From a virus (Duplodnaviria > Caudoviricetes), in IMG/VR virus record IMGVR_UViG_3300037961_003161, positions 1 to 61,892 of that record: a stretch of DNA of 61,892 nucleotides. The stretch is one strand, 5' to 3'. Each line of letters opens with the position of its first letter. Positions within the stretch are counted from its first letter, which is position 1. The notes beneath the pieces are model-generated. The model was not told the DNA's origin, made no database searches, and saw only the letters and a program-made list of their open reading frames with translations. A program made the translations under genes and the position numbers. Positions 35,366 through 45,800 of this stretch are shown here, in pieces.

Positions 35366-38300
35366 ATGAATATTACAAGTTCAAGTGGTTTAACCATATA
35401 TAATGTTACACAGTTAGGTACTGCTGGAGGCACAGGAGTTACAACTATGTTTGAAATATCACCTAACTACGGGTTTTTTATAGCTGCCTCTCAATTTACT
35501 GTAACTAACTTAGAAGATTATCCAGAAGTAGCGGGAATTACGTTTTCAGATTCATCGTCTGCTAATACACCTGGAAATGTTGTAAACGTTGTTGTAACTT
35601 GGGATGGAACTACTGACATTACTGAAGATTATTTTTTAAACTTAAACATAAGCGTAGACGACGCTTCGATATATGACTCTAGCACTACCTTAATAGATTT
35701 TTATTTAGTAGAAAATTACGATGTTAACATAGGCAATGGAACTGTTACTTTATCTGTGTCAGAAGTTAATGACGGTAGCTTAGTTCCAAATGACTTAGTA
35801 ATAACTTCTATAACAGGCGCATATAGGTTCCAAGGTTGGGTTGGAAGCTCTAATACTGTAGCTGTAGCTGATGTTACTATTTCCGTGACAGAAGGAGTTA
35901 GATATATTAATAGTTCTTCTGAAACAGAAAACCTATTTTTTAATCAGTTTATAGATCAGCCAGACACTTCTCAAGGTCAGTTTTCTTTTGAATATTTAAG
36001 TAAAACTTTAGACTCTTTTGGCTTACCTAAAACAGTTACATATAGAATATTCTTTACTAGAGCTGAGTTTGCTCAAGAAGACATTGGCACACAAATTGAA
36101 TACTCAACAGTTGGTGTTACTGATTACTACGCAAATTTTGTTTATGATACCGTAACGCTTACAGAAGCTGCTGGCAATGAGTATAATTTAATTTTTAACA
36201 CTAACATACCTTTTTATTCTAACACTTTTAGTTTAAGCTTTTCTGCTACTTGGGCTGAAACTGGAGACACATCACCTAGTATTGATGGTTTGCAAGTTTC
36301 TTATCCTATAGATTATAGCGCTATACCAGATGGTACAGCTATAAGGTATAATACAGTAACTTTAAAAGATATTTATTACCCTACTATAACAAGAGACACT
36401 GTAACCTTACAGCAGGTTGAAGACGCTTATGTTAATTTAACAATACAACTAAATCCGCCGGGAGAATATACTTCAAGTGATAGTCCTGCGTCTTTTCAAT
36501 ATGGTAGCTCTGCTAAAGTCATAAGCTACAACAACGGTAATGATCCTATTTATGAAAATGTTTTCTTAGCTAACAGCCCAGGCAACAATGTAAATGTTTA
36601 TGACGATCCATACACTTCTTCTACGCAGTATTATTTAAGAGCAGAAGTAAATGAAACTATTACGTTAGAAATGCTTAACAACGGAACCGTAGGATTTGAA
36701 GTAACTCAAGATCAATACCCTATCGACGCTTTTCCAGCTAAAGACTGGTGTGACTTTAGTACTACTCAATGGTATGAATCTTCGCCCGGAGTTTATAAAA
36801 GAGGATTTTACATTAGAAACCAAGATGCTGTGAACTTTCAAGGAACACACGTTAACACTACTGATAGAACTGCAACGTTTACTTTAACGCATCCTCTTGG
36901 AACAGCATCAAGCTCTGTTACTTTAACTCAAGACGATAGATACACAATATCTGAAGCTGGTGGGTCTGTTAAAATTGTAGAGTACGACTCTGGTATTTTC
37001 GCGCCATCAGAAGACAGTCAATTTAGCTCTGTTGGTTACTCTAACGCGTCTGATCCAGGCAACGTGAATTTTACAGCTACTGCTACTAGTGGATTTGGTA
37101 CTACTCAATATAAGGTTAGAATAAAATTTGATAACCTTGATTTTGATTTTAACTTATATAATAATGTAACAACTAGTCAAGACGCGCCAACGTTTAAGCA
37201 GTACCCTACGCCAAGCTATGCTGGCCAACCAAGTGGTCAATTAATACCTAACGACAGTCCTGGAGGCCCTCCATACTATGTAGATTTTGATGATGATAGT
37301 TTTTTTACAAACTACACGCAAGAACTTATATATAACGAAAACTATGACGCTTCTAATCCTGACGAAGATCACCATTATACATTTGTATTTACGTTAAAAA
37401 ACAACGATACTTACAGTAATAGACATGTTACTTGGAACTTCACGCATCCTAAAAATGAAGCCGCAGGACCACTTAGCGTAAACTACGACGGAACTGCAGC
37501 TACAGACGTTTCTTTTAAAATACTTCAGCCAGCTTTTGATCAACTAGATGCTAATATTAATGATCCAGACTCAGGTCAACCGCTAGGTATTTACAGCCAG
37601 AGTTATCCTTATGTAATAAGTTCAGAAGCTCAAACAGTAACTATTAGTCTAGCTTATTCAGGTACGACACTACCTACTATAGGCCTTTACTCTGACGCTG
37701 GTGTTTATACGCCTTTAGCTCAAAGCACCGTTGTTAATGGAATTAGTTATGTTGTTAATAACGATGCTCAGATAGTAGAAGGTGGAACAACTAGAACTAT
37801 TACAGTTACACTTACTGGAAATACAGATTCTGAAGATAGAGAAAACACTTTAGGTTTTTGGCACGCTAATTCTACTGCAGCTATAGACTCACCAAACGAT
37901 GCTATAAAAATTACGCAAGAAGGTGTAGAGTTTGACGAGGTTGATCATGATATTATATTATATACTACGCAGCCTTACGAGCAAAGCACTGGCGGTAATA
38001 CAATAACTCTTTTAGTAAAAGTTTTAAACTATACCGCTGAAAACTATGCTAATTCTGTTGCTAACACAGATAACTCTTTAGATCCTGTAGTAGAAGTTTA
38101 TAGATGGAACGGACCTAACGTTCAAGACGGTATATATTACGATACTGAGGGCAACTATGATAATGGTACTTTAACTTCTCCAACAGTATTAAGTGTTACT
38201 GCTAACCCACTATACAACTCTTCTGGCCCATTATCAACGTTTGGCGGAGTTCAGGTAAGCTACACTCATACAGTTCAAGTTTCTTATACAGAAAATAATC

Positions 38301-40189
38301 TTGATCAAAACGTATACTACGCTGTAAGAGCTAGGCATTTTTATAACAGCACTTTCGACGAAGATGATTATGTAATATTTACAATACCTTCTCAGTCAGT
38401 AATTGAGTTTACCGGTGTTACAAAAGACAACTCTCCAGAAGACATAATGGGGCTTGTAAATAATTATAAATTTTGCAATTTATCTTCTGGCACTGACTTA
38501 TTAAAAATTGATATTAAAGTAAACAACTATGAGTACAATATAAGCGATAATGACGATTTTCCTAGTTTTATTTCAAGTTATTCTCCTTATTTTGTGCTTA
38601 GGTTTTTAGACGCTAGCTATCTTGATTCTTCTGGAAATGTTGTTAGTGGCAGCGAAAAGGTTTGGAAAAATCCTGACACCCCTACTTATAGCCTTCTAAA
38701 TCCTCCTTACTCAGACCCTGCTAAACACTTACCTATAACATTTTTTGATATTAACGCAGAGAATAGTGAGTGGGTTGCAGAAGCTCCAACAGCAATACCA
38801 ACGTCTATAGGTAGTATTAGCAACCCTGTTGATTTTATAAACAATATAGAAATACAGCCAGCTACTTATCCTGATAAAAAGTTTAGTGTACTTTTAAATG
38901 TTAGCGGTCAAAGTACTGGTGGAGTAGTGAATTCTTTTATTGGTGTTTGGAGCTACGACTCAATGCCGTTTACTAATATTTATGACTTATCACAGCCTTT
39001 TCAATTCATTAATGCAGCTAACGGAACACAGCCTTATGAAAACACTATAAGCAGGCCTACCAACACTATTCTTGCAGGGTTCCAGCAGTCATATTTTAAC
39101 CACATGGTTGAGAATCCACAGCAATGGCAAGGCTCTACAGATGGCTATAGCATCTCAAGCTTATATGGCCTTACAAACCTTATTAAGGATAAGTTACTTC
39201 AAATAAACTCAAGCTACGATGGTTGGGACTGGAATAGAGGCGATACTACCTTTGACGCAGAAAGCAATCATATCAGTTTGGCTTACATAAACTTGTTTTC
39301 TAATCAGTCTGCCTTTGGTATCTCTGGTGGTAATCAAATGTCAGTCAATGGAAAAGTAGTGTATATTTCTTTCACAATATCAAACTTTGAGTATATTGGC
39401 GACTGGGAGTACGAAAATGCTTTTGCCGTTGGTTTACCATATTTTGTAACTAATGGTAGATATTCATCAGCATGGTACGATGAAAATCTCTTGTCCATAA
39501 ACGCTGGTGAAATGAGCACGCTTGCAGTTGAGCGACTACAAGCTAGAGGGTCAAACCCTAATGGTCGTTATTTTGGTAAAATAAAAATAAACCAACTTAA
39601 CAATATTACTTTTGCTACTAAATTAGGTTGTAGATATACTCTTAGTGATTTAAAAATATTTGCGGCTGACGAAGAGCTAAAAATAAAGCCTGGCGCAGGA
39701 AATATTTTTGACAGAGCTCCTGACGATGTTTTAAAAATAATACATCAATCTACTGGCTCTTCGCTTAGATTCTCTGATGCTCAATATTTAGGCGGTTGTT
39801 TTTCACCTTTCTTAGCTACACAGGTAAACGTGTTTGGTGAGCAGCATGTAATTTCTTCAAACTCAGAAGAGTCTACTATTAGTGGTTGGCAACCTTCATA
39901 CCAAGTAATAAATTTTGAAAACTACACAGGTACAAACCCTGTTCTTAAAGCTTGGGACGGTAGTAACTCTAGCAGCTTAGTACAAGACGCAATGGTTGAA
40001 TGGACTACGTTTAATTCAGCAGGAGGAAACACATTGTCATGTGACATACAGTTTGAAAACAACACAACGGGCGCACAAAGAACTTTAACTATAGGTCTTT
40101 ACAATGGAACTCCTTCTACTAGTACCCAAGCTCCTGTAGACACAATTTTAATAACACAACCATCGGTTGATTTAGACGAAGTATTGTAA
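35366..40189 (+). CDS. Large tail/adhesin protein with BACON/Ig-like repeats
   Basis: Repeated N....R....T...(V/I).(L/I).Q units; T/S/N/Y-rich. Confidence 0.65.
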   Translation: MNITSSSGLTIYNVTQLGTAGGTGVTTMFEISPNYGFFIAASQFTVTNLEDYPEVAGITFSDSSSANTPGNVVNVVVTWDGTTDITEDYFLNLNISVDDASIYDSSTTLIDFYLVENYDVNIGNGTVTLSVSEVNDGSLVPNDLVITSITGAYRFQGWVGSSNTVAVADVTISVTEGVRYINSSSETENLFFNQFIDQPDTSQGQFSFEYLSKTLDSFGLPKTVTYRIFFTRAEFAQEDIGTQIEYSTVGVTDYYANFVYDTVTLTEAAGNEYNLIFNTNIPFYSNTFSLSFSATWAETGDTSPSIDGLQVSYPIDYSAIPDGTAIRYNTVTLKDIYYPTITRDTVTLQQVEDAYVNLTIQLNPPGEYTSSDSPASFQYGSSAKVISYNNGNDPIYENVFLANSPGNNVNVYDDPYTSSTQYYLRAEVNETITLEMLNNGTVGFEVTQDQYPIDAFPAKDWCDFSTTQWYESSPGVYKRGFYIRNQDAVNFQGTHVNTTDRTATFTLTHPLGTASSSVTLTQDDRYTISEAGGSVKIVEYDSGIFAPSEDSQFSSVGYSNASDPGNVNFTATATSGFGTTQYKVRIKFDNLDFDFNLYNNVTTSQDAPTFKQYPTPSYAGQPSGQLIPNDSPGGPPYYVDFDDDSFFTNYTQELIYNENYDASNPDEDHHYTFVFTLKNNDTYSNRHVTWNFTHPKNEAAGPLSVNYDGTAATDVSFKILQPAFDQLDANINDPDSGQPLGIYSQSYPYVISSEAQTVTISLAYSGTTLPTIGLYSDAGVYTPLAQSTVVNGISYVVNNDAQIVEGGTTRTITVTLTGNTDSEDRENTLGFWHANSTAAIDSPNDAIKITQEGVEFDEVDHDIILYTTQPYEQSTGGNTITLLVKVLNYTAENYANSVANTDNSLDPVVEVYRWNGPNVQDGIYYDTEGNYDNGTLTSPTVLSVTANPLYNSSGPLSTFGGVQVSYTHTVQVSYTENNLDQNVYYAVRARHFYNSTFDEDDYVIFTIPSQSVIEFTGVTKDNSPEDIMGLVNNYKFCNLSSGTDLLKIDIKVNNYEYNISDNDDFPSFISSYSPYFVLRFLDASYLDSSGNVVSGSEKVWKNPDTPTYSLLNPPYSDPAKHLPITFFDINAENSEWVAEAPTAIPTSIGSISNPVDFINNIEIQPATYPDKKFSVLLNVSGQSTGGVVNSFIGVWSYDSMPFTNIYDLSQPFQFINAANGTQPYENTISRPTNTILAGFQQSYFNHMVENPQQWQGSTDGYSISSLYGLTNLIKDKLLQINSSYDGWDWNRGDTTFDAESNHISLAYINLFSNQSAFGISGGNQMSVNGKVVYISFTISNFEYIGDWEYENAFAVGLPYFVTNGRYSSAWYDENLLSINAGEMSTLAVERLQARGSNPNGRYFGKIKINQLNNITFATKLGCRYTLSDLKIFAADEELKIKPGAGNIFDRAPDDVLKIIHQSTGSSLRFSDAQYLGGCFSPFLATQVNVFGEQHVISSNSEESTISGWQPSYQVINFENYTGTNPVLKAWDGSNSSSLVQDAMVEWTTFNSAGGNTLSCDIQFENNTTGAQRTLTIGLYNGTPSTSTQAPVDTILITQPSVDLDEVL

Positions 40190-40190
40190 T

Positions 40191-40568
40191 ATGTCGTACG
40201 TAGTAAGAATAAGATTAGATAATATAAATGACTCGGCAAGCGTGGGTGACACAGTGTACTACACGTCTGCCGCTTTAGTAGGTAGCGTTACAAATAACTT
40301 TTTAGTTAATCAAAACAGCTATAGTGATATTATAACTTTTGGAACAATAAGAGCTGTAAATCACACACAAGGCTACATAGACGTAGAAGGTAGCGCTAAT
40401 GTAGACCTTCCTAGTTCTAACTCATATATATTCTTTAGTAAAAACAATTTAATAAATCAAGGATTTGTAAAAGGATATTATGCAGAGTTAAAAATGGTAA
40501 ACACAGATTTTATTAATAAATCTGAATTATTTAGAATATCTCTAGCTGCTGACGAAAGTAGTAAATAG
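40191..40568 (+). CDS. Structural protein
   Basis: IN.S.SVGD.VYY...FFSK...KGYYAE...SELF....ESSK. Confidence 0.7.
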   Translation: MSYVVRIRLDNINDSASVGDTVYYTSAALVGSVTNNFLVNQNSYSDIITFGTIRAVNHTQGYIDVEGSANVDLPSSNSYIFFSKNNLINQGFVKGYYAELKMVNTDFINKSELFRISLAADESSK

Positions 40569-40580
40569 AGCACCTAGAAT

Positions 40581-40591
40581 GTAACTATATA
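40581..40591 (+). promoter_or_regulatory. Putative late promoter box GTAACTATATA
   Basis: Variant box in gap before ejection genes. Confidence 0.5.
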
Positions 40592-40606
40592 TAAATAAAT
40601 TAAATT

Positions 40607-41368
40607 ATGGCAAGAGGAAGTTTAGCGGATCCATTTGGACAAGAACAAGAAAGTCCAATGAAAAAGGTCACAGGTCAGCAGATAGGTTCAACTATCGGTG
40701 GCGTTGCTGGCGCGCTTATACCAATACCAGGAGTTGGAACAGCTTTAGGCTCTGCTCTAGGCGGTGGCATAGGTGGTCTTATCGGTGGTTTGTTTGATGG
40801 TGGTGGTGATGAAGAGCCTACTGGCCCATCTCAAGCAGAGCTTGACTTACAAAGACGTATGCAAGAATATGAGGATTTTAAGTTTAGAACTACGAATCCT
40901 TACGAAGACATGACTGTTAATCTGCAAGCTGCAGATTATCAAAGAGAAATGTCAGCGCAACAACAAGCTGATGCTCTACAGGCACTTAGAGGTGGTGTAG
41001 GAGCTGCAGGGGTAGCTTCTTTAGCTACGGCAATGTCTAGACAAGCGGCTGAAAAAGAAAGAGCTATAGCAGCTGACATAGGCGCGCAAGAACAAGAAAT
41101 ACAAAAATTACAAGCAGAACAACAAGCGGCAAACTTCGCCGCAGCTCAACAGTTTGAATTAGATCGTATGCAAACTATGCTAGGTATTAATATGGCTCAA
41201 GTTACTGGAGAAGAGCAGGCTAGGCTAGCAGATGAACAAAGTAGACTTAATAGACAAAGTCAACTTCTTGCTACAGGTGTATCTGTTTTAGGAGATGTAG
41301 CTGGTTCTTATTTAACTAGTAGATCCGCACCGGGTATAGATATTGATGGAGACGGAAGACCCGATTAA
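40607..41368 (+). CDS. Putative internal virion/ejection protein
   Basis: Gly-rich hydrophobic segment and Q/A-rich helices; ESPMK motif. Confidence 0.65.
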   Translation: MARGSLADPFGQEQESPMKKVTGQQIGSTIGGVAGALIPIPGVGTALGSALGGGIGGLIGGLFDGGGDEEPTGPSQAELDLQRRMQEYEDFKFRTTNPYEDMTVNLQAADYQREMSAQQQADALQALRGGVGAAGVASLATAMSRQAAEKERAIAADIGAQEQEIQKLQAEQQAANFAAAQQFELDRMQTMLGINMAQVTGEEQARLADEQSRLNRQSQLLATGVSVLGDVAGSYLTSRSAPGIDIDGDGRPD

Positions 41369-41382
41369 TAAATAATAAAAAC

Positions 41383-42822
41383 ATGGCAAACCAATCATTA
41401 ATAAACGCAGCACAAAAAATGTATAGCGCTAAAGCGGCTAAAGGTCAGATGGATCTTGAGCCTGTACTTAAAGCTGCAGATAGCGCTACAGATAGAATAG
41501 TTAAAGGAATAGCAACTAAAAGAAGCTTACAACTTGAAGAGAGTAAGCAGCAGATAGAAAGCTTTAAAGAAATATTATTAAAAAATCCTAAACTCAGACC
41601 TCAACTTGTTGAAAGACTAAAAGATCTTCAAGAAGAATACTTTGAAAACTTAAAAACAGCTGAAAAAGTTTTTGCTAGTAAAAAAGATAGAGAAGACGCT
41701 GTAAGAAGAAACAACGATATTGCTGGAATTTTACGTAAATATGAAACCCAAATAAACAGTGTAGACTTAAATAGAAAATTTACTACAAATATTTCTGAGT
41801 CTAATTTACTAACAAGAAAAGTTGACGATACTATAATTAAAGATAAAACTATTGGAGATAATATTGTTATCACTGACGACAGTATTAATCTTATAAGCGC
41901 TACAGGCGATGAAATACCTCTTGATAAGTTTGTACCTTTAAATCCAATAGCTACACAAAGTATAAATAATTTAGGCGCTACTCTTGTTAATGCTCAAAAA
42001 GAAGGAAAAGGCGGAATTGGTTATGATGGCACGGCTGTTGAGCAGGCCACATTAATTACAATAGACAGAGAGCTTCAAGATGATAAAAATCTTATGTCTA
42101 TGCTTTTTGACAATATAGGAACTTTTAATTACGCTAAAGAAAACTTAAAAACAAGAACTTTTCCTTTTGCTGATCAAATTGACTCTTCTAAAACAGAGCA
42201 AGAGCAGTTAGAAGATCTTAAAAAGTTAATAATGGCTAATCCTCAACAATTTAGAGATGATTTTAAAAACGATTACGTCGCGTCTGTAAAATCAGCTAAT
42301 CAAGCAGGTTTAGACTTGTATAACAAAGCAGAAAGAAACGCAGATCTAAGAAGCAAAAAAGATTATTATCCAAACGCTTTTAACTCAGGGACTAGATCAT
42401 TTGTTGAAGGTAAATTTAAAGATATTAAAGACGGTTTTGTTGTAACTAAAAAAGGTAGTTATAAAAGATTTGATGATGGGTTCTATTTATTAGACAAAGA
42501 TGGCAATAAACTTCGTCCCGATGCTGCGCCTACGTCAGAAACTCAATTAGTTGCTGAAATGGGTATGACTGGTTACACTACTGAATTTGGTTTTGAACCG
42601 GCAGGTAGCGATTCACCAGAAGTTTCAGAAAATAAAAACAAAATAAAAGAGTTAAACGCTCAAATTGCAATACTGCAAGCAGAAGCTGACGAAGCTGAAG
42701 TTAAATCTTCAGGCGCTGTTTTTAGGCCAACGAGAGAAAAAAATCAAAAAATACTCGAGATAAAAAATAGAAAGATAGAAGAGCTTAAAAATCAAATTAA
42801 AGAACTAGAATCACAAGAATAG
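41383..42822 (+). CDS. Putative internal virion/ejection protein
   Basis: Helical 479 aa, between pilot-like and giant protein. Confidence 0.6.
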   Translation: MANQSLINAAQKMYSAKAAKGQMDLEPVLKAADSATDRIVKGIATKRSLQLEESKQQIESFKEILLKNPKLRPQLVERLKDLQEEYFENLKTAEKVFASKKDREDAVRRNNDIAGILRKYETQINSVDLNRKFTTNISESNLLTRKVDDTIIKDKTIGDNIVITDDSINLISATGDEIPLDKFVPLNPIATQSINNLGATLVNAQKEGKGGIGYDGTAVEQATLITIDRELQDDKNLMSMLFDNIGTFNYAKENLKTRTFPFADQIDSSKTEQEQLEDLKKLIMANPQQFRDDFKNDYVASVKSANQAGLDLYNKAERNADLRSKKDYYPNAFNSGTRSFVEGKFKDIKDGFVVTKKGSYKRFDDGFYLLDKDGNKLRPDAAPTSETQLVAEMGMTGYTTEFGFEPAGSDSPEVSENKNKIKELNAQIAILQAEADEAEVKSSGAVFRPTREKNQKILEIKNRKIEELKNQIKELESQE

Positions 42823-42823
42823 T

Positions 42824-45800
42824 ATGTTTGAACTTAACGGTGATGTTTTAACAGTAGAAGATATACAAGCTGCAGCTGATAGCTTAAACATGTCTTATGA
42901 TGACGCATTTGCTAAGCTAACAAAGCAAGGTTTAATACAACCTACGTCTACAAATAATATGGATCTTGATACGGATCAACAGCCTAAAAAAACAGTAAAG
43001 CTTTGGGGTGGTTTAGTGCCTATAGAGGTTGATGAAGAAAAAGTAGATCCAGATGACTTACCAGCTTACAAACAAATAATTAATGCTTTTACAGGGGCAC
43101 CGGAAAGAGCTTTTAATAAATTTGAAAACTTTAGAGTAGCACTTGCTGATCCAATACAAGACATGTTTGGTGATGAATATGCTACATATTATTTAAAATC
43201 AACAGATTTAGACAAGTCTATACCTTGGATTGCTAATATGATGAAGTTTGACTTTGGTGATTACACGGCCGCAGACCTTGTTGATCCTCAAACAAAAGAA
43301 AGAATTAAATTTAACCAAAAAGCTTACGATGAAAAAGGTGTTGACGCTCCAGAGAATAAAAGGTTTTTTGAGCTTCTTAAAATGCATCGAGAAGGAGGTT
43401 TTGAAAGCGTAATAGCGTTAGCTCCTAATGAAACTTATGAAGAAGCTACTAGAACTTTCTCTGAAGAACTTCAGTTTCAAAAAGGAATTATTGATGAAAG
43501 AGTAAAAAACTTTAAGCCTATAAAAGATCCAAACGTTACAGGTTTTACTGACGCTATGAAAAAAGGTGAGCTTGACGACATGGTTTCTACAGGTTTAAGC
43601 TTTGTAACAGACATGACTATAGATGTTGTTGCAGCTATAGCCACTAGAGGTATTTCTATGGCTGGGACTATGTTTGGTATGGGTTGGAATATGTTTAATG
43701 ATGAAAAGTCAAAAGCTCTTTATGGTGAAGATGATCCTGATAGAGTAAAAAAACTTATAGAAAATAACGAAGAAGAACTTGCTATTCCCGCTACTTTAAG
43801 CGCTCTTGGTTTTGCTTTAGAAAGAATTGGTATGAAGCAGGTTGTAGGCGCTATAATGAAAAGAGCGGCTACTATGTCTGTGCCTGCTGTAATGTTAAAG
43901 TCTGGTAGTGTTGAAGGTGGTACAGAATATATGCAAGGCTTAATAGAAGAGTTTAATAGACAGTTAGGCTCTCAAGGAAACGACAAAGACGTAGAAAAAG
44001 CTACTGAAAAAACTATAGAGTTTGCTACTTCTGACCGAGCTTTAGATAATTTGTTTGCTGGTATTATTGGTGGTAGTGGTTTAGCTGGCGGTAGCGCTAC
44101 AGTTCAAGCGGCTTTTAGAGCAGACGAAACTAGTAATCAGTTTGTAAACGAACAATTAAAAAATTTAAAATACCTTCAAGAAGCTGAGTTTAGAGCTACT
44201 TCAAGAAGAAAGAAAAAACAATTCCGAGAAGCTATAAATCAAACTACAAACGACTTAGTATATTTTTTAAAGAAAAATAGAGATAAAACTGAATACTTAA
44301 GTAAAGAACAGTCAGAATCCTTAGAAAACTTAATAGGTGAAAAAAGAAAAGCAACTAAAGAGTTAAAAGATTTAAGAAAGCTATTTAAAAAAGGTATAAT
44401 AAGCAAAGAAGCCTATGACCAAGCTGTTCTTGATAAGAGACAAGAGGTTTTAGATTTTGACGCTAAAATGCAAGAAATAAAGAACGATGCTAATATGAAG
44501 CTCGTTATGCAAAATTTAGACGGTGGCGGAAAGTTAGTTAAAGATATTAAAAACATAAATCAAAAAGTATACAAAACTGAAGCTGAGTTTTTTAAAGCTA
44601 TGTTAAATGAATATTTAGCGATGGGTAAAACCGTAAAAGACTTTGAAGCAGACACTAAAGGATTTAGTATTCCTGGTATAAAAATTGGTAACACCATGTT
44701 GATCAATGCTGAAGAAGCTGCTAGAACAAATAAATTTGGTGTTGGTGTACATGAAGTAGCTCACATGGCGCTAAAAGCTAAAATACAAACTAAAGACGGT
44801 ACTGGTAATTTAAGTGTTGATGGCGAGCGAATAGTAAAACAGTTTATAGAAGATCTTAGCTCTAAGGAAAAAGAATACATAGAAGATCAGCTTGAGAGTG
44901 GTAAATACAAAGTAAATGCAGATGGCACTGCTAAACAGTTTAAAGAGTATGGAGAAGAATATTTAGCTTTTTATGCTCAGGGGGCTAGAGAAGGTAAATT
45001 TACTAAAAACGCTATACAAAAAGCTGGTAACAATATAGCTCAAATATTTAGAACTGAAACAGAGTTTGAAAGCTTTAATTTTGAAAACGCTGATCAAACT
45101 AGAGCTTTTTTAAATGCCTTAGTTGAAGATTCTAAAGAAGGTATATATAGACAAGAGTTTGTTGAAATGGCTAGAGAAGGAGCTACTATAGAGGACTCTA
45201 GTGTTAAAAAGTCTATGACTGCTAAGGAAAAAGCTACAGTTGAAAAAAATATAAATAAACTTGGAAAAGAAGGTTTGCTTGGTGAAAACTTTGTTGAACA
45301 AGCTGAAAAGCTTGGTAAAGGCATGGGCAAAAAACTGTTTGAAGCAGAGTTTGACGATATATACAAGAGAATACAAAATGAAGGTTATCTTGATAAATTA
45401 ATAGCGGCTCAATACAAAGCAAAAACAGTACCTAGAAACTTTGTTAAGAAAGTGTACTCAGAACTAACTTCGCATGCTAAGAATTTTAATCCAGAAATAA
45501 ATGACAGTTATTTTATTTGGCTAAACTCACAAATAGGAAATAAAGCAACGCAAGTATATAACAGAGAATATGAGGTTGATCAAACAACCGCTGGTAGAGC
45601 TAGAAACATAGGCGAGACAACACAAGAAGGCGAAATTAAAGTACAAGTCGCTGCAGATACAGATACTGCCTTAAAAGCGCTAGAAACAGAAGATTTATCT
45701 ATAGTGGGTCAAACTAAAAAAGAAGCTCAAGAAACTAGAAGCAAAGTTTCTAAGTTTAGAAAGCAGCTTGGTTTTGAAACTGGTGGTGAGTTTTATAATA

